Below are positions 55,366 through 64,000 of a stretch of 64,000 nucleotides of DNA, one piece after another; position 1 is the first letter of the stretch, and each line of letters begins with the position of its first letter. The notes beneath the pieces are model-generated. The model did no database searches, was not told the DNA's origin, and was given only the letters and a program-made list of their open reading frames with translations. A program made the translations under genes and the position numbers. Location: NCBI GenBank assembly GCA_965204755.1, contig OZ242011.1, positions 544,001-608,000 of the forward strand, in the 5' to 3' direction. This stretch comes from Candidatus Marinacidobacterium sp. GTDB lineage: Bacteria; Acidobacteriota; Vicinamibacteria; Marinacidobacterales; Marinacidobacteraceae.

Positions 55366-56865
55366 ATGAACCGCCTGCCCTTCCCGTCGCTCCCGCCGCC
55401 GCCATTGCGCGAAGTCGAGGTATCCGGGCTCCGGCGTATCGCGCTGCCGCCGGCGGGCGGCCCGTGGGAACGCCCGATCGAGGGACTCCTCGCGACGCCG
55501 CTGCCCGAGCCGAAAGACGCGTTCGAAGTTCGGGACGCGTCCTGGCGCATCCGGAGTATGGACCGGCTGGCCGCCGACGAGCGTCCCGACTCGGCGTTTC
55601 GCCGTTTCCATCCCTCGCGGTCGGGGCTCTTCCTGACCACCGACCGGCGGCGCGGACCCCACTACGGCGGGAACGAGACCGGCGTCATCCACTACGACCG
55701 CAGCGGCCGCGTCACGGCGCGGGCGACGCTGCCCCACGGCAGCCGCCGCTTCTACTGCCCTCCCTTCGGGCAGGCGCTGGTAACCGTCTCCCGGCGCGGG
55801 ATCGTCCGCGCCTACGACGAGAGCCTCGCAGTGATCCTGGAGACGCCGCTCGAAGAGGCGCCGGAAACGCGGGCGTGGGAGTCGGGACTGCCGGAAGGAC
55901 GAACCGAGCCGGAGGTCTTCGCCCCGGCGATCGCGATCGCTCCCGACGCCCGGCGCTGGCTGTTCGCCCTCGACGATCGGGTCTGGTGCATGGCCCGGGA
56001 CGGACGAGGACTCTGGGGTATGCGATTCCCGAAGGCCGGTTGGCTCCGGGCGGACGACTACTACCCGGAAGACGAAGAACCGCCGGACCTCGGCCCGCCG
56101 CCCCCGCCCGAAGAACGGCGCCGACCGCAGAAGCGGGAGATCCTGAGGTTTCCCGGCGGGATGGACCTGGAGGAATTCATCCGGGTGTTCGGAGGCGATG
56201 AGGCCGCCGAAGCCGGAGACGAACGACCCGACGCGCCGGCGCCCGAACGGCCCGATCCCTGGATGCCGGAGTTCATCCGCGAACGGTCCCGGCAGGAGGT
56301 GGAAACTCCCTTCGGCGCACTCTCGGTCCGGAAGATCGAGGCCTGCGACGCGAGACCCGCTCGCCCGATACTCGATGTGGCGTTCTCGTCGAGCGACGAC
56401 ACGGCGTTCCTCGCCACTCGGGACGACCTCATCGTCGCGGTGGACGGTGACGGGGAACCGCTTCGCGTGTATGAGGGACTCGCCGGCCAACGCCCGCCGA
56501 AACGCCGGGAGGCGCCGGGCTCGATACCGGGCCCGGCGGACCTGTCGGCGTCGCCGCGCGACCCGCGCCGAATCGTCCACCGCGACGACTACCTCTACCT
56601 GACGACGGCGGGCCAGGTGTATGTCCTGCGCGGGGACACGCTCCTCGTCGTCCTCGACCTGGGCAACGAGGAAGACTTCTACTGCGCCCGCAACGGTTTC
56701 TTCCTCCACGACCCGAAGCGCATCCGCGCCTTCCGCAAGGACGGCGGCCTCCTCGGCAGCGTCCTCTCGCAGGATCCGATCCGCCGCCTCTACCAGGCGG
56801 GAACGAACACGGTCATCGAAACCCGAACTCGCCGCGCCGTCATCACCGGAATCCCCGTCTGGTAG
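55366..56865 (+). CDS. Hypothetical beta-rich (propeller-like) protein, paralog 1
   Basis: 499-aa ORF aligning along its whole length to the C-terminal ~480 aa of the next gene. Confidence 0.75.
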   Translation: MNRLPFPSLPPPPLREVEVSGLRRIALPPAGGPWERPIEGLLATPLPEPKDAFEVRDASWRIRSMDRLAADERPDSAFRRFHPSRSGLFLTTDRRRGPHYGGNETGVIHYDRSGRVTARATLPHGSRRFYCPPFGQALVTVSRRGIVRAYDESLAVILETPLEEAPETRAWESGLPEGRTEPEVFAPAIAIAPDARRWLFALDDRVWCMARDGRGLWGMRFPKAGWLRADDYYPEDEEPPDLGPPPPPEERRRPQKREILRFPGGMDLEEFIRVFGGDEAAEAGDERPDAPAPERPDPWMPEFIRERSRQEVETPFGALSVRKIEACDARPARPILDVAFSSSDDTAFLATRDDLIVAVDGDGEPLRVYEGLAGQRPPKRREAPGSIPGPADLSASPRDPRRIVHRDDYLYLTTAGQVYVLRGDTLLVVLDLGNEEDFYCARNGFFLHDPKRIRAFRKDGGLLGSVLSQDPIRRLYQAGTNTVIETRTRRAVITGIPVW

Positions 56866-58941
56866 GTGGTCTCGACGAGCGGGTCGGAACCGCACCTCCC
56901 AGGCGAGGAACCCCGCAAAGCCGGGGATGCCTACTTCGATGCGATGCATCACCTGGAGGCGGCGCTCGATCGGCGCGACTACGCCGGGGCGGCCCCGCAT
57001 GTCCACGAGAGCCTGCAGTGGCTCCCCGGGTGGGTGCGCGAGTTGCGCGCGGAACGGCGGCGCTTCGATGTCCAGGTGATTCACGCGCTGGAACGGGGAG
57101 GCACGGCCTTGGCCCTCATCGGCGACCGCGAGGGGCTCGCCGAAATGCGCCGCGTCGTCGAGTCGGAACCGGAACTCGAACCATGGCTGAAGCGCGTCCG
57201 CCAGCACGAGATCGCCGCGCGGATCGTTCCGCAGATCGAAGACTTGACCAAGACCCGGCCCGTGTGTCTGCAGAGCGAGATGAAGGGGCTGCTCGGGGTG
57301 GACGACGGCCCGCTCGTCGGGCGGCTGATCCAGTACCTGGAGAAGGCGGGGCGGATCGCGCGCGTCCGAACGGGCCGCACCTGGCGTCTCCTTCCTCCGG
57401 ACTCGCCGGAGATCCCGCCGCCGGAACCGCGCGAACCCGTACCGATTCGTCCGGTTCGGTCCCACCGCACGGACGACGAGCCTCCGCCGCTCCGCGAAAT
57501 CGAGGTGTCCGAACTTCCGCGTATCGATCTGCGGGAGGCGGCCGGCCATCGCGAACTCCCCGTCGGAGGAGACTCGGCGCCCATTCCCGCGCCCAGGGAC
57601 GCCTTCGAGGTTCGGGACGCCTCCTGGCGCATCGTCAGCATGGAGCGGCTGCCCCGCGCCGCGCGACCCGATCCCGCTCTACGCCGGTTCCATCCCTCGC
57701 GGTCGGGGCTTTTCATGACCACCGACCGGAGACATTTCCCGCACTACGGCGGGTACGAGACCGGCGCCATCCGCTACGACCGCAGCGGCCGAATCTCGGC
57801 GCGGGAGACACTGCCGCAAGGCAGTTACCGCTTCTACTGCCCTCCCTTCGGGCAGGCGCTGATCGCCGTCTCCCGGCACGGGGTCGCCCACGCCTACGAC
57901 GAGAGCCTCCGAATGATTCTCGAAACGCCGCTCGAGGAAGCGCCGGAGGTGCGGGCCTGGAAGTCGGGCCTTCCGGAAGAACGCACCGACCCGATGCCCT
58001 TCGCCCCGCCGATCGCCATCGCTCCCGACGCCGACCGCTATCTCTTCGGCCTCGACGACCGGGTGTGGTGCGTGAACCGGCGCGGGCGGGGGCTCTGGGG
58101 TCTGCGATTCCCGAAGGCCGGGTGGCTCTCCGCGGATAACTACTACGGGGAGGACGAAGAACACCTGGATCTCGGCCCTCCGCCCGCGCCCGACGAGCGA
58201 CACCGGACGCAGGGGCGGGAGGTCTGGAAGTACCCGGACGAGATGGATCTGGACGACTTCTTCGGAAGCCAGAAGGCGGTCGAGCCGGACGATGAACGGC
58301 CGGGCCTCCCGACGCCCGACGAGCCCGTCCCCTGGATGCCGCGTTTCATCCGGGAAGTGTCGCGACGGGAGGCCGTGACGCCACTCGGCGAAGTCTCCTT
58401 GCGAGAGATCGAAGTCAGCGACACCAAGCCCGCGCACTTCGTGCTCGATGTCGCGTTCTCGTCGAGTGACGACACGGCCTTCATCGCCACTCGGGACGGC
58501 CTCATCGTGGCCGTAGACGGTGACGGAGAAGCGCTTCGCGTATACGACGGACTCCGCGACCCATCGCTTTCGCAGTGGGACGAGGAAATCCCGGGCTGGA
58601 TACCGGCACCCGCCGACCTCTCGGTATCGTCACGGTTTCCGCATCGAATTGTCCACCACGACGACTACTTCTACCTGATGACAGCCACGCAGTTGAATGT
58701 GCTGCACCGCGATGCGCTCCTCGTCGTCCTCGACTCGACCCGTCACGAGGATCTCTATTGCACCCGTAACGGCTTCTTCCTCCACCAAACGAAACGAATC
58801 CGCGCATTCCGCAAGGACGGCGGTTTCCTCGGCAGCATCCTCTCGAAGAATCCGATCCGCCGTCTCTACCAGGCCGGAACGGACACGGTCATCGAGACCC
58901 GAACCCGCCGCGCCGTCGTCACCGGAATCCCGGTCTGGTAA
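56866..58941 (+). CDS. Hypothetical protein, paralog 2, with extra N-terminal helical and winged-helix-like region
   Basis: 691-aa ORF; extra region ends LQSEMKGLLG..VGRLIQYLEKAGRIARVRTGRTWRL; same C-terminus RTRRAV.TGIPVW. Confidence 0.75.
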   Translation: MVSTSGSEPHLPGEEPRKAGDAYFDAMHHLEAALDRRDYAGAAPHVHESLQWLPGWVRELRAERRRFDVQVIHALERGGTALALIGDREGLAEMRRVVESEPELEPWLKRVRQHEIAARIVPQIEDLTKTRPVCLQSEMKGLLGVDDGPLVGRLIQYLEKAGRIARVRTGRTWRLLPPDSPEIPPPEPREPVPIRPVRSHRTDDEPPPLREIEVSELPRIDLREAAGHRELPVGGDSAPIPAPRDAFEVRDASWRIVSMERLPRAARPDPALRRFHPSRSGLFMTTDRRHFPHYGGYETGAIRYDRSGRISARETLPQGSYRFYCPPFGQALIAVSRHGVAHAYDESLRMILETPLEEAPEVRAWKSGLPEERTDPMPFAPPIAIAPDADRYLFGLDDRVWCVNRRGRGLWGLRFPKAGWLSADNYYGEDEEHLDLGPPPAPDERHRTQGREVWKYPDEMDLDDFFGSQKAVEPDDERPGLPTPDEPVPWMPRFIREVSRREAVTPLGEVSLREIEVSDTKPAHFVLDVAFSSSDDTAFIATRDGLIVAVDGDGEALRVYDGLRDPSLSQWDEEIPGWIPAPADLSVSSRFPHRIVHHDDYFYLMTATQLNVLHRDALLVVLDSTRHEDLYCTRNGFFLHQTKRIRAFRKDGGFLGSILSKNPIRRLYQAGTDTVIETRTRRAVVTGIPVW

Positions 58942-58965
58942 GTGGTCCCGGCCGGGGGCGCCGGC

Positions 58966-59475
58966 TTACTCGTTCTGGAAGACGCCGGAGTAGGTGCGCT
59001 CCGCGGGCGCGGACAACCGGAAGAACACCAACTGGAGGATCCGGGCGCCCTCGGTCAACTCCAGACCGTCCGGGTGGCTGACGACGAGCAACGAACCGCT
59101 CCGTCCGGAGTAGCCGGAGTCCCAAAGCGCGGTGCCGATCTGCGCGCCGCAACGCAGGAGGGACGACCGGGTGCGCCCGATGGCGAAGACATCCGCCGGG
59201 ATGTTGACCGTCTCGCGGTAGCGCACCCAGTAACTGCCCGGCGCGAGCCGCCATACGCCGTCCGCTTCGGGCGCGATCGGGACGGTTCGGGGGATCCGCC
59301 GCGTCCGGTTGTCGAAATCCACCCTGCCCGGCCCGGCTCCCGGCGCGCCGACCTCCGCCAGCGTGAGGTCCACCCCGTTCATCTGGATTTGCGTCCGGGG
59401 GTCGGTGAGCCCGGACAGGAGCGGCGGCTCCCCCGCCAGCCGCCGCCGCAACTCCTCCCCGGCGATCAGTTCCAC
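58966..59475 (-). CDS. Trimeric dUTPase/dCTP-deaminase superfamily protein (probable dUTPase)
   Basis: NGVDLT, RSSLLRCG, WDSGYSG, GARILQLVF, YSGVFQ. Confidence 0.82.
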   Translation of the reverse strand: MELIAGEELRRRLAGEPPLLSGLTDPRTQIQMNGVDLTLAEVGAPGAGPGRVDFDNRTRRIPRTVPIAPEADGVWRLAPGSYWVRYRETVNIPADVFAIGRTRSSLLRCGAQIGTALWDSGYSGRSGSLLVVSHPDGLELTEGARILQLVFFRLSAPAERTYSGVFQNE

Positions 59476-59628
59476 CGGAGACTCCTCCCGCAGGGCGCGC
59501 CGGCCATGGGCCGCAATGGTAGGGGACGCCCGGGCCCCGGTGGTCGGCGGAGAGACTTCGTCTGAATACTGACGATATTTATATGATTTCGGCTAATATT
59601 CTGACTGAATCTCCGCAACATCGTCGTC

Positions 59629-60777
59629 ATGAAGACCGACCGGCATGTCCCCCGGGCACAACTGGACGGTCTCGTCCGCGCCGTCGCTCCGGGCAAGGTG
59701 GTCATCCTCTACGGCCCGAGGCGGGTCGGCAAGACGACCCTGCTCCGGCGCTATGTCGAAGAGCGCGCCCCGGAAGCGGTGGTCGCGTCCGGCGAGGACA
59801 TCACCGTCCGGGAGGTGCTGGAGAGCCAGTCCATCGACCGCCTGTCGAACTTCGTCGGCCGGAACCGCATTTTGGTCGTGGACGAGGCGCAGCAGGTTCG
59901 CGAAATCGGCCTGAACCTGAAACTGATGGTGGACCACATCGAGGGCCTGCGCATCATCGCCGCCGGTTCGTCGTCGTTCGATCTCTTTCAGACGAGGGGC
60001 GAACCCCTGACGGGAAGGAAGAAGACGCTCCACCTCCTGCCGCTCGCCCAACTCGAACTCCGAGAAGTCGAGGGGCCGCACGAAACGAGCGCGCGCCTGC
60101 CCACCCGACTCATCTACGGCTCGTACCCGGAGGTCACGCAACTGGACTCCGACCGGGAGCGCCAACTCCTCCTCCAGGAGATCGTCTCCTCCTGCCTCTT
60201 CCGCGATGCGCTGCAGTTCCAAGGGATCCGCCGCTCCGACCGCCTCCTGCGGCTCGCCCAACTCATCGCCCACCGAGTCGGCTCGGAGGTCTCGCTCAAC
60301 GAACTCGGAGCGCAACTGGAAATGAGCAAGAACACGGTCGGCCGCTACCTGGACATCCTGGAGATGACTTTCGTGCTCTACAGCCGGGGCGCCTACTGCC
60401 GGAACCCGCGGAAGGAAGTCCGCCGGAGCCGCCGCTACTACTTCCACGACAACGGCATCCGCAACGCCGTAGTCTCGGACTTTCGACCGCTGCCGCTCCG
60501 GAACGACATCGAGGCGCTCTGGGAGAACTACATCCTCGCCGAGAGGATGAAACAGAATCTCTACACCGGCACGCTCACCAACAGTTACTTCTGGCGCACC
60601 TACGACCGCCAGGAAGTGGACCTCGTAGAGGAGTGGAACGCGGCCCAGCACGCCGCCCAAATAAAGTGGGCCGCCCGGAAGACCATCCGCCCGCCCGCCG
60701 GCTTCCGCCGCGCCTACCCCGACGCTTCCTTCCGCGTCGTCCACCGCGAGGATTACCTGGACTTCATCACGGCGTAG
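59629..60777 (+). CDS. AAA_14 plus DUF4143 ATP-binding protein
   Basis: GPRRVGKT, VVDEAQ, AGSS, EPLTGR, YGSYP, YFHDNGIRN, FWRT..QEVDLV...QIKW. Confidence 0.88.
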   Translation: MKTDRHVPRAQLDGLVRAVAPGKVVILYGPRRVGKTTLLRRYVEERAPEAVVASGEDITVREVLESQSIDRLSNFVGRNRILVVDEAQQVREIGLNLKLMVDHIEGLRIIAAGSSSFDLFQTRGEPLTGRKKTLHLLPLAQLELREVEGPHETSARLPTRLIYGSYPEVTQLDSDRERQLLLQEIVSSCLFRDALQFQGIRRSDRLLRLAQLIAHRVGSEVSLNELGAQLEMSKNTVGRYLDILEMTFVLYSRGAYCRNPRKEVRRSRRYYFHDNGIRNAVVSDFRPLPLRNDIEALWENYILAERMKQNLYTGTLTNSYFWRTYDRQEVDLVEEWNAAQHAAQIKWAARKTIRPPAGFRRAYPDASFRVVHREDYLDFITA

Positions 60778-60807
60778 CCGGCGCGGCTGGGCCGAGCGAC
60801 CTTCGGT

Positions 60808-61653
60808 CTATCCGGCGTAGCGATCCCGCACAAAGTCGAACGCCCCTGTCAGTTCGTCCGGCATGGCGCCGGCGTCGTGTTTCCAGAAAGGGAGACCGAG
60901 AAGGGCGTAGTTGCTGGGGTGCGTCGTGATGAGGAACCACACCGGTCGTCCTCCGATTTCTCCTTTGGCGACATCCGAGAGGCGGTTCCTCTCGGGTGGC
61001 TTGTGCCCAACAGCCCAAGTCGGAAGTGTCTTGGAGGCCCATCGCTTGACGATCTTGCAGCCGAACGCCGTGCAGACGCCCAGAGGATGACCCTTTCCCT
61101 GGGCGATCACGATGTCAGGCTCGAAGGCGAGGAGCATCTTCTGGAGCTGTTTCCGACAGCGCCCCTTCATCGTCTCGCTCACATTCGAGACCATCAACTC
61201 ACCCTTCGGCCCCCGCTTCGCCGGCGGCCCACAGAAGACGGCGTTCACCAAGGCGAACTGCCGACATCGGTCGTCCGGACTCGTGCCGTCCTCCACCAAG
61301 TACTCCAATTCCGCATCCACGCCCCCCATGTGCGGGTTGCCGCGGTAACGGGCACCTTCCCTCCACTCCGTTTGTGTACGGAAGTACTCCAGAGAGTTGC
61401 CCCCACCCTTGCCCGGTCGGTCCATGCCCACGAAGAGCACCCGCGCCGGCTTGCCGCCGACCGATGCGCTCCCGTAGTGGCTCCCGACATACGCCCAGTC
61501 ACCCTTGCGGCCCTCCGAGAGAGCAGGCTCCACACTCCGATTGCAGTCGTCGAAGTACTCGCAGCAGAAGGCGCCTTCCTCGGCACCGATCCCCAACTTG
61601 TTCTGCAAGAGGTAGATCTTCTCTTGCCACTCTGTCCTCTTCCGTTCGGTCAT
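60808..61653 (-). CDS. Uracil-DNA glycosylase superfamily-like protein
   Basis: RVLFVGMDRPG, FALVNAVFC, EPDIVIAQG and LITTHPS occur in the order expected for the UDG fold; visibly lower GC than neighbours. Confidence 0.55.
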   Translation of the reverse strand: MTERKRTEWQEKIYLLQNKLGIGAEEGAFCCEYFDDCNRSVEPALSEGRKGDWAYVGSHYGSASVGGKPARVLFVGMDRPGKGGGNSLEYFRTQTEWREGARYRGNPHMGGVDAELEYLVEDGTSPDDRCRQFALVNAVFCGPPAKRGPKGELMVSNVSETMKGRCRKQLQKMLLAFEPDIVIAQGKGHPLGVCTAFGCKIVKRWASKTLPTWAVGHKPPERNRLSDVAKGEIGGRPVWFLITTHPSNYALLGLPFWKHDAGAMPDELTGAFDFVRDRYAG

Positions 61654-61729
61654 GTGAGCCCTCCCCGCCGGTGCGGCGTGGGTTGCCGCGGCTCGGGCCG
61701 GGCGCCCCTCCGCGTTGGCGGGACCTATA

Positions 61730-62308
61730 TCACACTCCGCCGTCCCCCTTCAGGATCGTCGGGAGGGTGATGCGTTGCTGGCCCTGGTACTTGCCATGTT
61801 TGTCGCGGTAACTGGTTTCGCATTCCTCGTCGCTCTCGAAGAACAGGACCTGGGCGATTCCCTCGCCGGCGTAGATGCGGCACGGGAGGGGAGTGGTGTT
61901 CGAGATTTCGAGGGTGGCGTTGCCTTCCCACTCGGCGTCGAAGCCGGTCACATTGATGATGATGCCGCAGCGGGCGTAGGTGGACTTGCCGATGCAGATG
62001 CCGTACACATTGCGGGGCATCCGGAAGTTCTCGATCGTGTTCGAGAGCGCGAAGGAGTTGGGCGGGATGACGCAGACTTCCCCCTTGTAGTCCACGAAAC
62101 CGTTTTCGTCGAAGTTCTTCGGGTCCACGATGGTCGTATAGACATTCGTGAAGATCTTGAACTCGTCGGAGACGCGGATGTCGTAGCCGTAGGCCGAGAG
62201 GCCGTAGGAGATGACGCCTTCGCCGACCTGGCGGTCCACGAAGGGGTGGATCAGGCGGTGCTCCCTCGCCATCCGGCGGATCCAGCGGTCGGACTTGATG
62301 CCGGCCAT
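61730..62308 (-). CDS. dcd: dCTP deaminase
   Basis: [58 protein letters not shown]. Confidence 0.95.
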   Translation of the reverse strand: MAGIKSDRWIRRMAREHRLIHPFVDRQVGEGVISYGLSAYGYDIRVSDEFKIFTNVYTTIVDPKNFDENGFVDYKGEVCVIPPNSFALSNTIENFRMPRNVYGICIGKSTYARCGIIINVTGFDAEWEGNATLEISNTTPLPCRIYAGEGIAQVLFFESDEECETSYRDKHGKYQGQQRITLPTILKGDGGV

Positions 62309-62318
62309 GGACGGGGTC

Positions 62319-62729
62319 TCAGGCCAACTCGACGCCGGGGAAGAAGTAGCCGATCTCGAACGCCGCGGACTCGGGCGAATCCGAACCGTGGATGGCGTTC
62401 CGCTCGATGGAGGAGGCGAACCGGGCGCGGATCGTTCCCGGCGCCGCTTCCGCGGGATTCGTCGCGCCCATGAGTTCGCGGAGACCCGTAATCGCGTCGT
62501 CGCGTTCGAGCACCGCCGGGACCGCCGGGCCCGAGGACATGAACTCGCAGAGGCTCCCGTAGAAGGGGCGCTCGCGATGCACGGCGTAGAAGCCGCCCGC
62601 TTCCTCCCGGTCGAGGCGCACCAGCCGCATCGCCACGATGCGGAACCCGGCCTCCTCGACGGCGGCCAGGATGGCGCCGGTGTTTCCCGCCGCCACCGCG
62701 TCGGGTTTCACGATCGTCAGCGTTCGCAT
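62319..62729 (-). CDS. ndk: Nucleoside diphosphate kinase
   Basis: [39 protein letters not shown]. Confidence 0.97.
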   Translation of the reverse strand: MRTLTIVKPDAVAAGNTGAILAAVEEAGFRIVAMRLVRLDREEAGGFYAVHRERPFYGSLCEFMSSGPAVPAVLERDDAITGLRELMGATNPAEAAPGTIRARFASSIERNAIHGSDSPESAAFEIGYFFPGVELA

Positions 62730-62757
62730 GGCTCGACTCTTCCCTTTCCACGGGCCG

Positions 62758-63633
62758 TCAGCGGGCGGCGAGCGCGCGTTCCATGGCCGCGCCGAGGTCG
62801 GCGGGGCTTTCCACGACTTCCGCGCCGGCGGAGCGGAGCGCGTCCATCTTCGCGGCCGCCGTCCCCTGCCCGCCCATCACGATGGCGCCGGCGTGGCCCA
62901 TCCGGCGGCCGGGGGGCGCGGTCTGGCCGGCGATGAAACTCACCACCGGTTTCGGGAACTCGCGCCGGATGAACTCCGCCGCTTCTTCCTCCGCGCCGCC
63001 GCCGATCTCGCCGATCAGCACTACCGCCTCGGTGCCCTCGTCGGCGGCGAACAACCGCAGCACATCGAGGAAGGTCGTCCCGATGACCGGGTCGCCGCCG
63101 ATCCCGACGCAGGTGCTCTGCCCGATGCCGCGTTCGCTCAACTGGTGCACCGCCTCGTAGGTGAGCGTCCCGCTGCGCGAGACGACGCCCACCGCGCCTT
63201 CCCGGTGGATCGGCCCGGGCATGATGCCGACCTTGGCGCGGCCCGGCGAGATCACGCCGGGACAGTTCGGCCCGACCAGGCGGGTGGCGCCGCCTTCGAG
63301 ATAGCGCGCCACCCGCACCAGGTCCCGGGCCGGTATGCCTTCGGTGATCGCGACGACGAGTTCCAGGCCGCTCGCCGCGCACTCGGCGATGGCGTCGGCG
63401 GCGAACGGGGGCGGGACGAGCACCATCGAGGCATTCGCGCCGGTCTTCTCCGCGGCTTCGGCCACGGTGTCGAACACCGGGATGCCGTCCACTTCCGTTC
63501 CGCCCTTGCCCGGCGTCACGCCGGCGACGAGTTCGGTGCCGTAGTCCCGGCAGGCGCGGGCGTGGAATCCGCCCTCGCTCCCGGTGATTCCCTGGACGAG
63601 GAGCCGGGTCTCCCGGCCGACGAGGACGCTCAC
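62758..63633 (-). CDS. sucD: Succinyl-CoA ligase alpha subunit
   Basis: [46 protein letters not shown]. Confidence 0.97.
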   Translation of the reverse strand: MSVLVGRETRLLVQGITGSEGGFHARACRDYGTELVAGVTPGKGGTEVDGIPVFDTVAEAAEKTGANASMVLVPPPFAADAIAECAASGLELVVAITEGIPARDLVRVARYLEGGATRLVGPNCPGVISPGRAKVGIMPGPIHREGAVGVVSRSGTLTYEAVHQLSERGIGQSTCVGIGGDPVIGTTFLDVLRLFAADEGTEAVVLIGEIGGGAEEEAAEFIRREFPKPVVSFIAGQTAPPGRRMGHAGAIVMGGQGTAAAKMDALRSAGAEVVESPADLGAAMERALAAR

Positions 63634-64000
63634 GCCGAAACCCCCAGTTTCGCCACGACCGCGTCCGCCGCGTCGCGCATACCGTCGGCGGTGGTGAAGT
63701 CGAGGCCCGACTCCTCGAGCATCTTGCGGGCGATCTCCACATTGGTGCCCTTCATGCGGATCACGATGGGGAGGCGGGTGTCCAGTTTGCGCACCGCGGC
63801 GATCAGTCCTTCCGCCAGCCGGTCGCATCGCAGGATGCCGCCGAAGATGTTGATGAGCACCGCCCGCACATCCTCGTCCTGCGTCAGGATGCGGAAGGCG
63901 TTCTCGATCTGTTCCGCGTTCGCGCCGCCGCCCACATCGAGGAAGTTCGCCGGGGAAGACCCCGCGAGTTTCACGATGTCCATGGTGGCCATCGCCAGCC
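63630..64000 (-). CDS. sucC: Succinyl-CoA ligase beta subunit (3' part; 5' beyond the window)
   Basis: [37 protein letters not shown]. Confidence 0.95.
   Translation of the reverse strand, partial: LAMATMDIVKLAGSSPANFLDVGGGANAEQIENAFRILTQDEDVRAVLINIFGGILRCDRLAEGLIAAVRKLDTRLPIVIRMKGTNVEIARKMLEESGLDFTTADGMRDAADAVVAKLGVSA

Noticed and set aside
59560-59625. NrdR box or other defined operator in the AT-rich gap between the dUTPase-like and AAA_14 genes
   Set aside because: AT-rich and probably a promoter, but no convincing match to the NrdR palindrome.

Overview
Very GC-rich bacterial chromosomal window. An Acidobacteriota-like, possibly host-associated organism is inferred from gene content only. 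A housekeeping backbone (pgpA-cinA-thpR; ftcD-nrdR-ECF sigma/anti-sigma/DUF4097 operon; tonB-phoH-7TM-HD-ybeY-CBS-era; gamma-CA-aspS; sucC-sucD-ndk-dcd) is interrupted by accessory DNA. (i) Three tandem arrays hold 11 paralogous P-loop ATPase genes of two families. Nearly every copy has its own -10 box 6-8 nt before the start codon, the copies show mosaic patches, and some are catalytically altered. (ii) A ~13 kb defence island (about 29.0-42.0 kb) carries an orphan, apparently membrane-anchored phage MuF-domain gene and a type I restriction-modification system. Between hsdM and hsdS sit one HicA toxin gene and three genes that each encode three tandem HicB-like domains. The island ends in three stacked IS21-like ends. 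(iii) A non-coding element holds 14 iteron-like GCCTGTG(T/C)(C/T)TTT repeats in two clusters around an AT-rich core. (iv) A UDG-fold gene lies between dcd and a dUTPase-like gene. The best candidate for an undescribed system is the RM-embedded HicA / poly-HicB module. No rRNA, tRNA or CRISPR array was recognised. All product calls come from motif recognition by eye; no database search was run.
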